Origin: a virus
Length of the DNA: 64,000 nt
Direction: 5' to 3' (one strand)
Virus genome (UHGV): UHGV-0293664
Shown here: positions 39,346 through 48,109 of the stretch, one piece after another
Position numbering within the stretch: position 1 is the first letter of the stretch
Layout: each line of letters opens with the position of its first letter
Notes under the pieces: model-generated
What the model saw: the letters and a program-made list of their open reading frames with translations, nothing else
Database searches by the model: none
Told to the model about the DNA's origin: nothing
Position numbers and translations under genes: made by a program

Positions 39346-39373
39346 CCCTGCCCGAAAGGGTGGGGCATTTTTG
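39346..39373 (+). terminator. intrinsic terminator with GAAA tetraloop (copy 2 of 2)
   Basis: Same CCCTGCCC-GAAA-GGGTGGGG hairpin as 28634, then CATTTTT. Confidence 0.75.
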
Positions 39374-39391
39374 TACAAGGAGATCTGAAAA

Positions 39392-39808
39392 ATGACATTA
39401 GAAGATATCATTGTTAAACCTGAGAACTATGACCAATACAACCTGTCAACTCAATCTGTAGACCTCGGATGCGCCACAGTCAGTGCATGGCTGGTTAACG
39501 GAAAAGAGCTTGACGAGTGCCTGGAAGCACACATGTCGGTGAATAAATTTCTTGATGAAAATACCCACTGGCTAGAGGGTGCAGGAGTATATGCTTCATG
39601 GTTGGAGAGTATGGGATTCGACTACCAATCTGAAGAGGGGTGGTGGAGCTATTTAGCTATCTGCCCAGAGACGCTGCAATGCTTCATGAAATACTCTGAA
39701 GATTTGGAGTACCGGGCGGTGGTTGATAGTGCTATTGCCCGTTATAGCCGTAAACCTTTTTCCCACGACATTAAAACTGTGGAAGAATTTGTTGAAGTTT
39801 TCTGTTGA
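39392..39808 (+). CDS. hypothetical protein
   Basis: 138 aa; SD AAGGAGA. Confidence 0.75.
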   Translation: MTLEDIIVKPENYDQYNLSTQSVDLGCATVSAWLVNGKELDECLEAHMSVNKFLDENTHWLEGAGVYASWLESMGFDYQSEEGWWSYLAICPETLQCFMKYSEDLEYRAVVDSAIARYSRKPFSHDIKTVEEFVEVFC

Positions 39809-39904
39809 CACAGGTTGAAAGGCGTGCAATTATAACTTCATATAACGGGAGGACGCGATGAACGAAGAAAACTGGGATGTATAACTAACAGGAGGCCACT
39901 GCCC

Positions 39905-40102
39905 ATGATTTATCGAATCCGTGTAAGAGAAGATGCACCAGGCTGTTACTTTGACTGGCGTGGGTGGTGGTTTCTCCACCCGATGGATGGACTCACAGAT
40001 AGAATGCTGGATGCTGCCCTTTATACAGATACCGACATAGAATATAATCTCTATCTGAAGGACGGTATAGATAACGGTCTATTTGAAGCAATTCCTGTGT
40101 AA
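39905..40102 (+). CDS. hypothetical protein
   Basis: 65 aa; SD CAGGAGG. Confidence 0.7.
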   Translation: MIYRIRVREDAPGCYFDWRGWWFLHPMDGLTDRMLDAALYTDTDIEYNLYLKDGIDNGLFEAIPV

Positions 40103-40170
40103 GAGACTGTGATAGCCATGTTTTATGATCTTCCTGTAGCACCACCACCTGTTGAACCCGGAGAACTAAG

Positions 40171-40596
40171 ATGACCTATGAAATGCCAAAACTGATTCGT
40201 GACGATGCCCAAAACGCCCACACCTTTATCATGGGCAAACGCATGGATATTATTTGTCATAAAGATTTCTGGGAAGGAAGTTACTTCACAGAGTATTTTG
40301 GTAAACTGGACAATGGTCTGCTGATCCAGTTCTACACCGATGCGGAAAACAACATTCACTGGGAGTTCGAAACTGAAGATATCCATAAACTTTTCACCTT
40401 CCTCGGTATTAAGGTTGAGGCCAAGTTTGAAGAAGGTGAGTGCGACGATTGTGGATTCTATGAGGTAACAGATTTCTATCTCCCGAGTGGTGAGAACCTT
40501 TACTATGAAAGCCACTTCGGTAACTCCAATATGCCACAGTGCTGGACTGAGTTTTTTGAAATTGCGGAAGAGGAGCTGGCATACCGTGATTATTGA
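40171..40596 (+). CDS. hypothetical protein
   Basis: 141 aa; SD CGGAGAA. Confidence 0.75.
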   Translation: MTYEMPKLIRDDAQNAHTFIMGKRMDIICHKDFWEGSYFTEYFGKLDNGLLIQFYTDAENNIHWEFETEDIHKLFTFLGIKVEAKFEEGECDDCGFYEVTDFYLPSGENLYYESHFGNSNMPQCWTEFFEIAEEELAYRDY

Positions 40597-41044
40597 TACT
40601 GTAGAGGGGGATTTAATCTCCCTTTTTAAGAGCGGTGCTGGTCACCTGATCCACGGTTGCAACTGCTTCCACACAATGGGCAAGGGGATAGCAAAACAGA
40701 TCGCCCGTGAGTTCCCTCAAGCACTGGCAGCTGACAAAGAGACCAGACATGGTTGCCTAAGTAAACTGGGCGCGTTCTCAAGATGGGAGCACTTATCTCC
40801 GATAGGTATTGTCTACGGAATAAATCTGTATACTCAGTTCTACCCAGGGCCTAATGCTGAATATTTCTCAATCCTGAAAGGCTTTGAGCGAGTCAATGAG
40901 GTATTCGAGGGATCGACTTTACCATTCTACATCCCTAAGATCGGGTGCGGCATAGGCGGTTTGAAGTGGGAACACGTAGAGGACGTTATTAACCTTGCCA
41001 CTTTCGACATAGATATTGTCGTGGTGGAGTACAAAAAGTGTTGA
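40586..41044 (+). CDS. macro domain protein, TARG1/OARD1-like (ADP-ribose processing)
   Basis: GTG 40586 after AGGAG; GDLISLF...HLIHGCNCFHTMGKGIAKQIAREFP and IPKIGCGIGGLKWEHVEDVI match TARG1-type macro domain pattern. Confidence 0.75.
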   Translation: MIIDTVEGDLISLFKSGAGHLIHGCNCFHTMGKGIAKQIAREFPQALAADKETRHGCLSKLGAFSRWEHLSPIGIVYGINLYTQFYPGPNAEYFSILKGFERVNEVFEGSTLPFYIPKIGCGIGGLKWEHVEDVINLATFDIDIVVVEYKKC

Positions 41045-41069
41045 CGACAATCTTCTGAGGTGATATAGT
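41041..41069 (+). promoter_or_regulatory. sigma70-like promoter
   Basis: TTGACG-17 nt-TATAGT. Confidence 0.55.
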
Positions 41070-41098
41070 TTCCACAACAACTAAGAGAGGAGAGCACT

Positions 41099-41269
41099 GT
41101 GGAGACTAAAATCTTAATTCTTGCTGTGGTAGATACAACCGAAGGAGCTATATTCGAATCTGCAGGAGGGTATTTCTACCTACCATACGGAAAAAGAACT
41201 TCCGAGCCAAGTAAAGATTCAATCCTCAAAGTGTTCCCGTGTGCTTTCTGGCTGGAGATTTTGGTATAA
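41099..41269 (+). CDS. possible small protein (56 aa)
   Basis: GTG start after GAGAGGAGAG; hand-translated VETKILILAVVDTTEGAIFE...; not in ORF track. Confidence 0.3.
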   Translation: METKILILAVVDTTEGAIFESAGGYFYLPYGKRTSEPSKDSILKVFPCAFWLEILV

Positions 41270-41295
41270 GATTGCAGAGGATTTGGGAGAGAATT

Positions 41296-41490
41296 ATGAG
41301 AAACAAGAAAGAACTTTACTCTGGTGAGTGGATCAACGATCAACAGGTGGGAGAGGTAACCTGCTTCCGATGTTTTACCAGGTACAATCTTAAAACTGCA
41401 CCAAAAAGTGTTCCAAAGACTGACGGTTATTACATAAAAGAACCTCATTGCCCAAAATGTAAATGCCGATTGTACTGGAGCAATCTGTAA
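41296..41490 (+). CDS. small zinc-ribbon-like protein
   Basis: ATG 41296 after GGGAGAG; CFRCF...CPKCKC. Confidence 0.6.
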   Translation: MRNKKELYSGEWINDQQVGEVTCFRCFTRYNLKTAPKSVPKTDGYYIKEPHCPKCKCRLYWSNL

Positions 41491-41494
41491 GAGG

Positions 41495-41522
41495 TTGACA
41501 TCTGAAAACTGCAGTGTATAAT
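41495..41522 (+). promoter_or_regulatory. consensus sigma70 promoter
   Basis: TTGACA-16 nt-TATAAT. Confidence 0.65.
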
Positions 41523-41756
41523 ATACGCATAAACTAACAGAGAGCGATGTATTATGGTAATTTTTAACCGGGATGGTATCATAGTTAGACAGCACCCGTT
41601 CCTTGAATACTATCAAATTGAGCAATGGTGCTACGGGGATTGCAGTCACTCCTATGGACAAAGTTGGGGGGTATCGCACAGTTTTTGAATCAACAGATCT
41701 TGACAAAGTAAGACAGAAAGTTTTAGAACTTCTTAACAACAAGTGAGTATCGTGCC

Positions 41757-42089
41757 ATGGTAACATTGGAAAGACGTAAAGCTATCGCCGCCACACTGGC
41801 AGACATCTTTTGGGATTGCAACTTAAAAGATACCCGAAATTGTGGCGCATCTGTAGATGTATTATTCCCACGGCCCACCATTGTTGCAATGGGCAACCTG
41901 CTCGATGTGGTATATGGAGCATGGGACAAGGAAGGTGGATTCTATATCTGGCAACCTGACTACGGGACCTGGAAAGAGGTTAGTGGTTCTGCGGACTTCA
42001 CTCCTGCAGAGGCTAAAATGGATGGCTGGAAAATCTATGTCGGTAACGACATGGAACTGAAAGGCGAAATTGTTTACTGGTTACCTTAA
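41757..42089 (+). CDS. hypothetical protein
   Basis: 110-aa ORF; weak SD. Confidence 0.6.
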   Translation: MVTLERRKAIAATLADIFWDCNLKDTRNCGASVDVLFPRPTIVAMGNLLDVVYGAWDKEGGFYIWQPDYGTWKEVSGSADFTPAEAKMDGWKIYVGNDMELKGEIVYWLP

Positions 42090-42109
42090 GAAAGTGCAGG
42101 AGATAAAGT

Positions 42110-42355
42110 ATGAACAAAGGGTGGACATTTGTAGACGGCGTTAAAAACATGCCTCTAGGAAAGTATATTGTAGCCATGGCAGATGAGAATGGCAAGGTGG
42201 ATTTCGGAGTTTGCGAGGTTGTTCTTGCAGGATCTGGTGACTATGCTCACAAAACTGGGATAATTAACGGTCATTTCTACTTTGATTACAACCCTGTTGT
42301 GGCGTATATGGCTATGCCAGAGTTAGAGCTCCCAAAGGAGGGTGCAGATGTTTAA
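42110..42355 (+). CDS. hypothetical protein
   Basis: 81 aa; SD CAGGAGA. Confidence 0.75.
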   Translation: MNKGWTFVDGVKNMPLGKYIVAMADENGKVDFGVCEVVLAGSGDYAHKTGIINGHFYFDYNPVVAYMAMPELELPKEGADV

Positions 42356-42545
42356 GCTTAAATCTGCATGGAACATCGCTGTGGGGGACGAGATCCGTAT
42401 CCCAGGTGGAAAGACCATTATGAAGATATCTCGTATCGAGTACGAAGGTGATCGTGTATTTCATATCTTTGCAGAAGATGGTCGAGAAATTTATATACAG
42501 GCAGGCTCTCACATCTATATCTGTAAGAAAGGGGACGACAAATGA
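42348..42545 (+). CDS. hypothetical protein
   Basis: ATG 42348 after AAGGAGG; 65 aa. Confidence 0.7.
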   Translation: MFKLKSAWNIAVGDEIRIPGGKTIMKISRIEYEGDRVFHIFAEDGREIYIQAGSHIYICKKGDDK

Positions 42546-42874
42546 CAGAGATCATCGTTTCAACTGCAGGGTATGTATTCCTGACAATCATTGCGTTGGC
42601 TATTCTGGTGGCGGTGTATGGATTTGTTATCCTGCCTATTCTTGAGACATTTAGTTTGTGTCGGTGTTGGAGAAAAGCTTACGGACCACAACCGTGGAAA
42701 GACTGGTTCCATTTGGTGCGTATAGCGTTCTCTTATGCCTATGACCACTCTAGCAGTGCATGCGTAACTGGGTACCATGCCTACAACTGGAACTGGGAAG
42801 GGCTGGGGAGATGGACTGTTACAAAAACTATACCCTTACGGTTGTACAAAGGAAAGAACACACTGGGAGCCTGA
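42542..42874 (+). CDS. putative membrane protein
   Basis: 110 aa; hydrophobic N-terminal segment; SD AGGGGA. Confidence 0.7.
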   Translation: MTEIIVSTAGYVFLTIIALAILVAVYGFVILPILETFSLCRCWRKAYGPQPWKDWFHLVRIAFSYAYDHSSSACVTGYHAYNWNWEGLGRWTVTKTIPLRLYKGKNTLGA

Positions 42875-43182
42875 TATTTTAAGTTATCAGGTTGCCAGAG
42901 ATCAGGAGGATTTCTAAAATGGATTTCCTCCTTTTGATATTTTACCTGCCAGGATATTTTAAAATCCTTAGAAAATCAGAAAATGGATCGAAAACTAAAA
43001 TGGATTTTTCAGGGCAGGCACGACGAGATGAACCACTCATCCTGTCGTTTGCACCATATTCCAGACCACCATTACAGATTTCCCGCACATGCTTACATCC
43101 TTCTACTGGAACTTCCTCCGCTTGCCCTTGACCTTTTATGGTAATAATCCAACCACTATCTTGAAGTTGCGATGCAGCTTTT

Positions 43183-43372
43183 CAGGTACTCGATCTGTTT
43201 TTCGTTTCAAAGATTGAATTTTCTGAAAATTTTTCTCGATAAATTTCTCAGTACTCGATCTGTTTTTCGTTTTCTGAATCGGATTTTCTGGAAATCGTTC
43301 CGGCTCTCGACCTGAAATTTTTGGGGACGAAATCGATTTTTCGTTTTCAGAAATGGATTTTTAAAATTTCTA
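43183..43372. repeat. degenerate tandem direct repeats (~65-bp unit, about 2.5 copies), iteron-like
   Basis: TACTCGATCTGTTTTTCGTTT at 43187 and 43252, partial third CGATTTTTCGTTTTC at 43333; GATTTTCTG/GAATTTTCTG sub-repeats. Confidence 0.6.
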
Positions 43373-43477
43373 TATGGGAATATTTTATGGGATACTGTTT
43401 TATAGGAAATTGTTACGGAGGGTAATTAGCGTGCTAATTAAATTTATGAAATGCGAGGAGTTCTCATTTAGAATTTT

Positions 43478-43700
43478 GAATGATAATCATTCTCGTTTGC
43501 AGAATAACGGGCACCCCCGGTGATTGTCTCCCGGCCCCTGTTGCCCCGGCTTGTTATTATAGTATCACACAGGACAAAGAAAGCAAGGACTTTTTGCATA
43601 AATTTTTAGACGATAATGATAATCGTTCTCATTTCATGCAGCGCCCATCCCCGGTGGTTGTCTCCCCCGTCACCGGTGCCTGCCGTCCTTTCGATATGTA
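43478..43700. repeat. tandem duplication (~120-bp unit) each carrying a GC-rich box ...CCGGTG(A/G)TTGTCTCCC...
   Basis: Both units start GATAATC.TTCTC.TTTC; boxes at 43510-43550 and 43641-43688. Confidence 0.6.
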
Positions 43701-43838
43701 TATTGTGCCACCTGGCGGGGCCGCTGTCAACACTTTTCAAAAAATTTTTCTAACCTGATGCGCTAACCGTTGCAACCTGGCGGGGCCAGCCTGGCAGGTC
43801 CGCGTTATAAAGTAAACAGCTACGGAAGAGGTACAAAA

Positions 43839-43988
43839 ATGAAAGGTAATGCTACTCGCCTGGAAAATGTAGTAATTGATGATACGGAAGCTATCGCCCT
43901 GGTCGAGAAGGTTGAAACGGAAGCGCGGGAACATAAAGAAGAGTACGAAAAAATGGTAGTTAACCTGGCGGGGGCGATTCTATCATAA
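43839..43988 (+). CDS. small hypothetical protein (49 aa)
   Basis: ATG 43839 after GGAAGAGG; the longer track ORF from 43770 starts inside repeats. Confidence 0.5.
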   Translation: MKGNATRLENVVIDDTEAIALVEKVETEAREHKEEYEKMVVNLAGAILS

Positions 43989-44088
43989 AAATAATTTAAA
44001 ATAATCGTTGACAGCTCGGACAGCTATTGTTATTCTTATCCTCGCAAGGTGAACAACACCACACCAATTAACAGAGAGGATAAAAATC

Positions 44089-44286
44089 ATGAACGCCTAC
44101 GGAATTAAAGTACGTCGCAACACCCGCCAGGTGGTCACCGATCAAATGGTTTGCCGGGTGGATGTAACCATCAACAACGGGCAAGGCCTTTATAAATTTC
44201 GTCGCGGTCATAGCTATACCCTGCAGCAGCTTAATCGTTGCGCCCTGACAAAAGGTCAGATCAACCACTGGTTTAATAAAAAATAA
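44089..44286 (+). CDS. early small protein
   Basis: 65 aa; SD GAGAGGA. Confidence 0.75.
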   Translation: MNAYGIKVRRNTRQVVTDQMVCRVDVTINNGQGLYKFRRGHSYTLQQLNRCALTKGQINHWFNKK

Positions 44287-44289
44287 ATA

Positions 44290-44318
44290 TTGACATGTAG
44301 TCTGAAACAAAATATACT
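44290..44318 (+). promoter_or_regulatory. sigma70-like promoter
   Basis: TTGACA-17 nt-TATACT. Confidence 0.65.
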
Positions 44319-44350
44319 GAAAGCACAAAAGACACTAAGAGGATAAAATC

Positions 44351-44749
44351 ATGAAAACCACAACCTTTAATTTTGACAATGCTAACTTCTCTTTTTCTGA
44401 TGTTAAAAGCTGCCGCCGTGATCGCGGATTCTACAAGGCCTATAATCTGGTTGTCTTGGACGATGATAATAATTTGCACGAAGTAGCGGAGATCCGGTAC
44501 TATGCCGCCGCCAGCGGTAACACTCACTACTGTGTATTTTGGATTCACGACAACAAGAACAATAAGTACGGTTATACTGGCGGCAAGGCGAGCGGTCACG
44601 GTTATGATAAAGCCAACGCTGCACTTGAAAGCGCATTAAGTGCCATGGGAATCACTGCCGACGGCTGGATCTATGAAGAAGAGTTTTTGGCGGCACTTGC
44701 TAACCGCTTGGGCTATAAAAAGCACATTGTAACGTGCGCCCACGAATAA
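44351..44749 (+). CDS. early protein
   Basis: 132 aa; SD AAGAGGA. Confidence 0.75.
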   Translation: MKTTTFNFDNANFSFSDVKSCRRDRGFYKAYNLVVLDDDNNLHEVAEIRYYAAASGNTHYCVFWIHDNKNNKYGYTGGKASGHGYDKANAALESALSAMGITADGWIYEEEFLAALANRLGYKKHIVTCAHE

Positions 44750-44838
44750 AAAAAAAAAATTATTGACACGCTGCAAAATTAAAGTAAACTAGACACAAAA
44801 GGCGGGAATATTTCCCGCCAACACAAAGGAAAAAGATC

Positions 44839-45243
44839 ATGAATAAGAACGTACGCCGCATCATGAACGAGTTGGCAAACGATGAAAAAATTATTGACAT
44901 GCATTTGATCAACATTTGCCGCCGTTGTGTAACATATAACAACCGCGCCGCAAAAGCGCGTGAGATGAACGCAAAAGGTACCTTAAAGCCATTCCAGGTG
45001 GTGGTAAAGGCCATTAAAGATGTAACTAATACGGCAAACCAGGTACAGGGGAACACCAACGAGAGTACCAATATTGATCCGTCTTACGTAATGAAACGGA
45101 TCCGGACTTGCAAGAATAAAGAGCAGGTGTATAACGTCATAGATTGGCTGGACTCCCTGGGTGATGTGGTTTACAATAGGTTTTCTGCAGCTATCGAGAT
45201 CCAGCTTGACAGATTAGACGGGAAAGTACTAAAAACTTATTGA
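44839..45243 (+). CDS. early protein
   Basis: 134 aa; SD AAAGGAAAAAGA; preceded by TTGACA box and GGCGGGAAnnTTCCCGCC leader hairpin. Confidence 0.75.
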   Translation: MNKNVRRIMNELANDEKIIDMHLINICRRCVTYNNRAAKAREMNAKGTLKPFQVVVKAIKDVTNTANQVQGNTNESTNIDPSYVMKRIRTCKNKEQVYNVIDWLDSLGDVVYNRFSAAIEIQLDRLDGKVLKTY

Positions 45244-45290
45244 GTTTATTTTTAGATGGCCTTGACTTCAGGGCCATCAATAAAGTAAAC
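45244..45290 (+). repeat. conserved post-stop hairpin element, copy 1
   Basis: TTTATTTTTAGATGGCCTTGACTTCAGGGCCATCAATAAAGTAAAC; 7-bp stem GATGGCC/GGCCATC. Confidence 0.6.
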
Positions 45291-45323
45291 TAACCACAAT
45301 TGAGCGGAAAAGGAGGCTTAAAG

Positions 45324-45443
45324 ATGAGCACTACACGCCAGCACACAAAGGTAACTATTATCGTTTGCATCATTGGTTACATCCTGGCGCAAATGTTGAT
45401 GAGTAGCGCCAACAGTTTTGCAAAATTTTTCTTAAATTTTTAA
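45324..45443 (+). CDS. possible small hydrophobic peptide (39 aa)
   Basis: ATG after AAGGAGG; MSTTRQHTKVTIIVCIIGYILAQ...; not in ORF track. Confidence 0.45.
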   Translation: MSTTRQHTKVTIIVCIIGYILAQMLMSSANSFAKFFLNF

Positions 45444-45471
45444 TTGACAAGCTAACCCAAATCGGTATACT
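45444..45471 (+). promoter_or_regulatory. sigma70-like promoter
   Basis: TTGACA-16 nt-TATACT. Confidence 0.65.
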
Positions 45472-45522
45472 TAAACACGTAAACGGGAAAACTTCCCAAA
45501 ACACACAAAAGGAGAAAACACC

Positions 45523-45864
45523 ATGACTACTATGACCGCCGAAGAAAAAGCCCTGCAGATCGCCGCTCTGAAAAAACAGATCGCAGACCTTGAGAATAAG
45601 ATCGATAACTTTGAAATCGACGAGGACAAGTACGACGAAAACTATGATGAATGGCTAGACGAGGTTTATGGCGAAATTATGATCGGAAACATTTCTTTTC
45701 TTCCGTCGCGTATCCTCAAGGAGTTAGATCCTATCGCTTACCGCTGCGGATTTAGCGACTACATCGACAGCCTGGATATTGAGGACGATGAAGAGTACCA
45801 AGAATTGCAGACAGAGATTGAAGAAGTGAAAGAAGAGCTTTCAAAGCTGGAAGAAAACGAGTAA
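45523..45864 (+). CDS. early acidic protein
   Basis: 113 aa; SD AAAGGAGAAAA. Confidence 0.75.
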   Translation: MTTMTAEEKALQIAALKKQIADLENKIDNFEIDEDKYDENYDEWLDEVYGEIMIGNISFLPSRILKELDPIAYRCGFSDYIDSLDIEDDEEYQELQTEIEEVKEELSKLEENE

Positions 45865-45912
45865 AATTTATTTTTAGATGGCCTTGACTCCAGGGCCATC
45901 AATAAAGTAAAC
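45865..45912 (+). repeat. conserved post-stop hairpin element, copy 2
   Basis: AAATTTATTTTTAGATGGCCTTGACTCCAGGGCCATCAATAAAGTAAAC. Confidence 0.6.
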
Positions 45913-45954
45913 TTTATACTGTTAACACTGAACTACTGCAAAGGAGTTAAAACC

Positions 45955-46200
45955 ATGGCAGCACTAATCACCAAGTATTATGCCCCTACTAACACCAAAA
46001 GCGCCCGTATCATGGTAAAAGGCTTCGGACGTAAAAAGGTTTACACCTGGGATTATGCCTTAGATACGGAAGACAACTACACCAACGCGATGACCGATTT
46101 TATTAATGAGCTGAACACGCGGATCTTGACAAATTATAAAATTACCGATATTGCCTATATAGGGGAAGGCGGGATCTGTTTTGTCGGTATCGTCAAATAA
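45955..46200 (+). CDS. early protein
   Basis: 81 aa; SD AAAGGAG. Confidence 0.75.
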   Translation: MAALITKYYAPTNTKSARIMVKGFGRKKVYTWDYALDTEDNYTNAMTDFINELNTRILTNYKITDIAYIGEGGICFVGIVK

Positions 46201-46275
46201 ACTATTTTTTCGGTGGTCCTGGCTGCAGGGCCATCTATAAAGATAATTTATTAACACCGTGAAAGGAGAAAGTAC

Positions 46276-46629
46276 ATGATCAGCGGGGCTAGTTTTATTA
46301 TTGGCGCTATTGCTACGGCTTTAATTGTAAACAAGATCCAATCTAAAAACGAAAAAGATAGCAACGCGCTCACAGAATACCCATTTTGGGTATTCAACGA
46401 CAACGAAGACTACATAATCAAGTACAAGAATGAGAAGGGCGACCAGGTAACACCGCGACCGATCCCGGCTTACAAAATGCAAGAAACACTATACCGCCTA
46501 AAGGCTGGAGGCGCAAAAATCGTAGACTTTTGGGGATATGATTGCAAGGATCAGGAGGTTATAAAACGGCGTATCCGGGCGATTCAGGCAAATATCGAGA
46601 TCAGTAAGGGGGGAAGTTATGAAAATTAA
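46276..46629 (+). CDS. early protein with N-terminal hydrophobic segment
   Basis: 117 aa; SD AAAGGAGAAAG. Confidence 0.75.
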   Translation: MISGASFIIGAIATALIVNKIQSKNEKDSNALTEYPFWVFNDNEDYIIKYKNEKGDQVTPRPIPAYKMQETLYRLKAGGAKIVDFWGYDCKDQEVIKRRIRAIQANIEISKGGSYEN

Positions 46630-46816
46630 TTTCGAAAAAATTGTAAAGCGCCCCCACGATTCCGAAGAGCTGCCGGAACGCCGCCAGCGCAACAATAAAC
46701 TGAATAAACCGAAAAGATTTGGGAAGATCTGGCGGAATCATTATGATCGTAAACTGCCTGGCCTACTCTTGGAACGTGAACGACAGGCGGAACGATACCG
46801 CCACAAAGGCAAATAA
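46619..46816 (+). CDS. small basic protein
   Basis: 65 aa; SD AAGGGGGGAAG; overlaps upstream stop. Confidence 0.6.
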   Translation: MKINFEKIVKRPHDSEELPERRQRNNKLNKPKRFGKIWRNHYDRKLPGLLLERERQAERYRHKGK

Positions 46817-46824
46817 CAACCAAC

Positions 46825-46853
46825 GCCCCGCCATTGTGCGGGGCTTTTTATTT
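46825..46853 (+). terminator. intrinsic terminator
   Basis: GCCCCGC-CATTGT-GCGGGGC then TTTTTATTT. Confidence 0.8.
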
Positions 46854-46997
46854 CTATCCTACGAATAGCGCCCCTGGTTGGTCCCACAAACGCCACAAAA
46901 GCCCCTACCTATGCAATCCCCTTTCTTAGTCTGAAAACATCGCCCAGGGCCGTTTTATGGTGTTAAAAATAGCATTGACAGTGATTTTATTTAAAGC

Positions 46998-47026
46998 TTG
47001 ACACCTTGGAATAGCCCAGATATACT
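46998..47026 (+). promoter_or_regulatory. sigma70-like promoter
   Basis: TTGACA-17 nt-TATACT. Confidence 0.65.
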
Positions 47027-47061
47027 AACCACATCAAAGCAAGAAGGAAGGAGTAAACGCC

Positions 47062-47322
47062 ATGCGTAAATTAAAAAATTTTGATAAAGTCGATATTGTC
47101 CTGAATAATTTTTACTACTGCAATAATAAAGCCGTTTGGTGGCGTGATAGTTCCACCGATAAAGTTAAAGCGCGCTTTCTCCAGGGGCACTGGCAAGGCC
47201 GCCCAGTGATTAAGATCCTGGGGCAATCGGTAGCGTTTAAAAATTGCCGCCGTGTTGATGACGTTGAAGAGATTCTAAACATTTTACGCCACAATAATTT
47301 AAAAAATAGTGTTGACAAGTAA
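47062..47322 (+). CDS. early protein
   Basis: 86 aa; SD GAAGGAAGGAG. Confidence 0.75.
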   Translation: MRKLKNFDKVDIVLNNFYYCNNKAVWWRDSSTDKVKARFLQGHWQGRPVIKILGQSVAFKNCRRVDDVEEILNILRHNNLKNSVDK

Positions 47323-47339
47323 ATCTTGATAAGTATACT
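47312..47339 (+). promoter_or_regulatory. sigma70-like promoter
   Basis: TTGACA-16 nt-TATACT; followed by GGCGGGAAAACTTCCCGCC leader hairpin. Confidence 0.65.
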
Positions 47340-47396
47340 TAAACACACAGGCGGGAAAACTTCCCGCCACTAACAAAGAAAATAGGAGAAAATATC

Positions 47397-48020
47397 ATGA
47401 CCACCGTTAACATTACCGCAGGTTACAATTTATCTTTCGACGTGCTGACCGACGAACAAAAAGAAAAAGCTATTGAAATGGTCCGCGAAAGAGAAGAACA
47501 CAGCGGAGAGGATTTTTTCGCAGAAAGTGTAATTGAATATTATAAAGAACAAGTTTTTCCAGAGTACGGCCTTGAAGATACCGAAGTACATTGGTCCGGA
47601 TTTTGGTGTCAAGGCGATGGCGCGTCAATTAGTGCTGAAAATGTAGACTTAGAAAAATTCTTGCGTAAAGTAAAGGCCCTGACCAAGTTCCGATCAATTC
47701 GTCACTTGTTCGGCACAATGCACGATGGCGAGTTATCAGCCAGTATTGAACGCGACAAGTACAGCCATTACAGCCATGAAAACACTGTAAACGGATACAT
47801 TGATACCACCTGGATAAATCTGACCGCCAAACAAGAAAACAAAGTGGAAGACCTGGAAGAGCTGATCACCGAGACGGCACGGGAGCTATCCCGTAAGGTT
47901 TACGTAGACCTGGAGGAGGCCTATCTAGAACAGTTCACTACCGAAAACCTGATCGATCTTATTAAGGCTAATGATTGGCGGTTTGATGTAGATGAACATG
48001 GCGAGATGACTTTTTCATAA
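47397..48020 (+). CDS. early acidic protein
   Basis: 207 aa; SD AAATAGGAGAAAA. Confidence 0.8.
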   Translation: MTTVNITAGYNLSFDVLTDEQKEKAIEMVREREEHSGEDFFAESVIEYYKEQVFPEYGLEDTEVHWSGFWCQGDGASISAENVDLEKFLRKVKALTKFRSIRHLFGTMHDGELSASIERDKYSHYSHENTVNGYIDTTWINLTAKQENKVEDLEELITETARELSRKVYVDLEEAYLEQFTTENLIDLIKANDWRFDVDEHGEMTFS

Positions 48021-48109
48021 ATAAAGTGTTGCAATAACCTAAAAACCTGCTATATTAAAACTCAAGGGGCAAGACGTTTGCCCCCACACAAAACAAAGAG
48101 GAAAACATC

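Noticed and set aside
40123-40515. 130-aa minus-strand ORF
   Set aside because: Antisense to ORF 40171-40596, which has a ribosome binding site
41176-41766. 196-aa minus-strand ORF
   Set aside because: Spans two plus-strand promoters and plus-strand small genes; no start signal
42892-43131. 79-aa plus-strand ORF
   Set aside because: Lies in the repeat-rich intergenic region, no ribosome binding site, low-complexity product
43480-43758. 92-aa plus-strand ORF
   Set aside because: Built across the duplicated GC-rich boxes, so the 'protein' merely repeats the DNA repeat; no start context
45244-45290. Post-stop hairpin elements as ordinary sigma70 promoters
   Set aside because: TTGAC to TAAAGT spacing is only ~13 nt; reported as a repeat element instead
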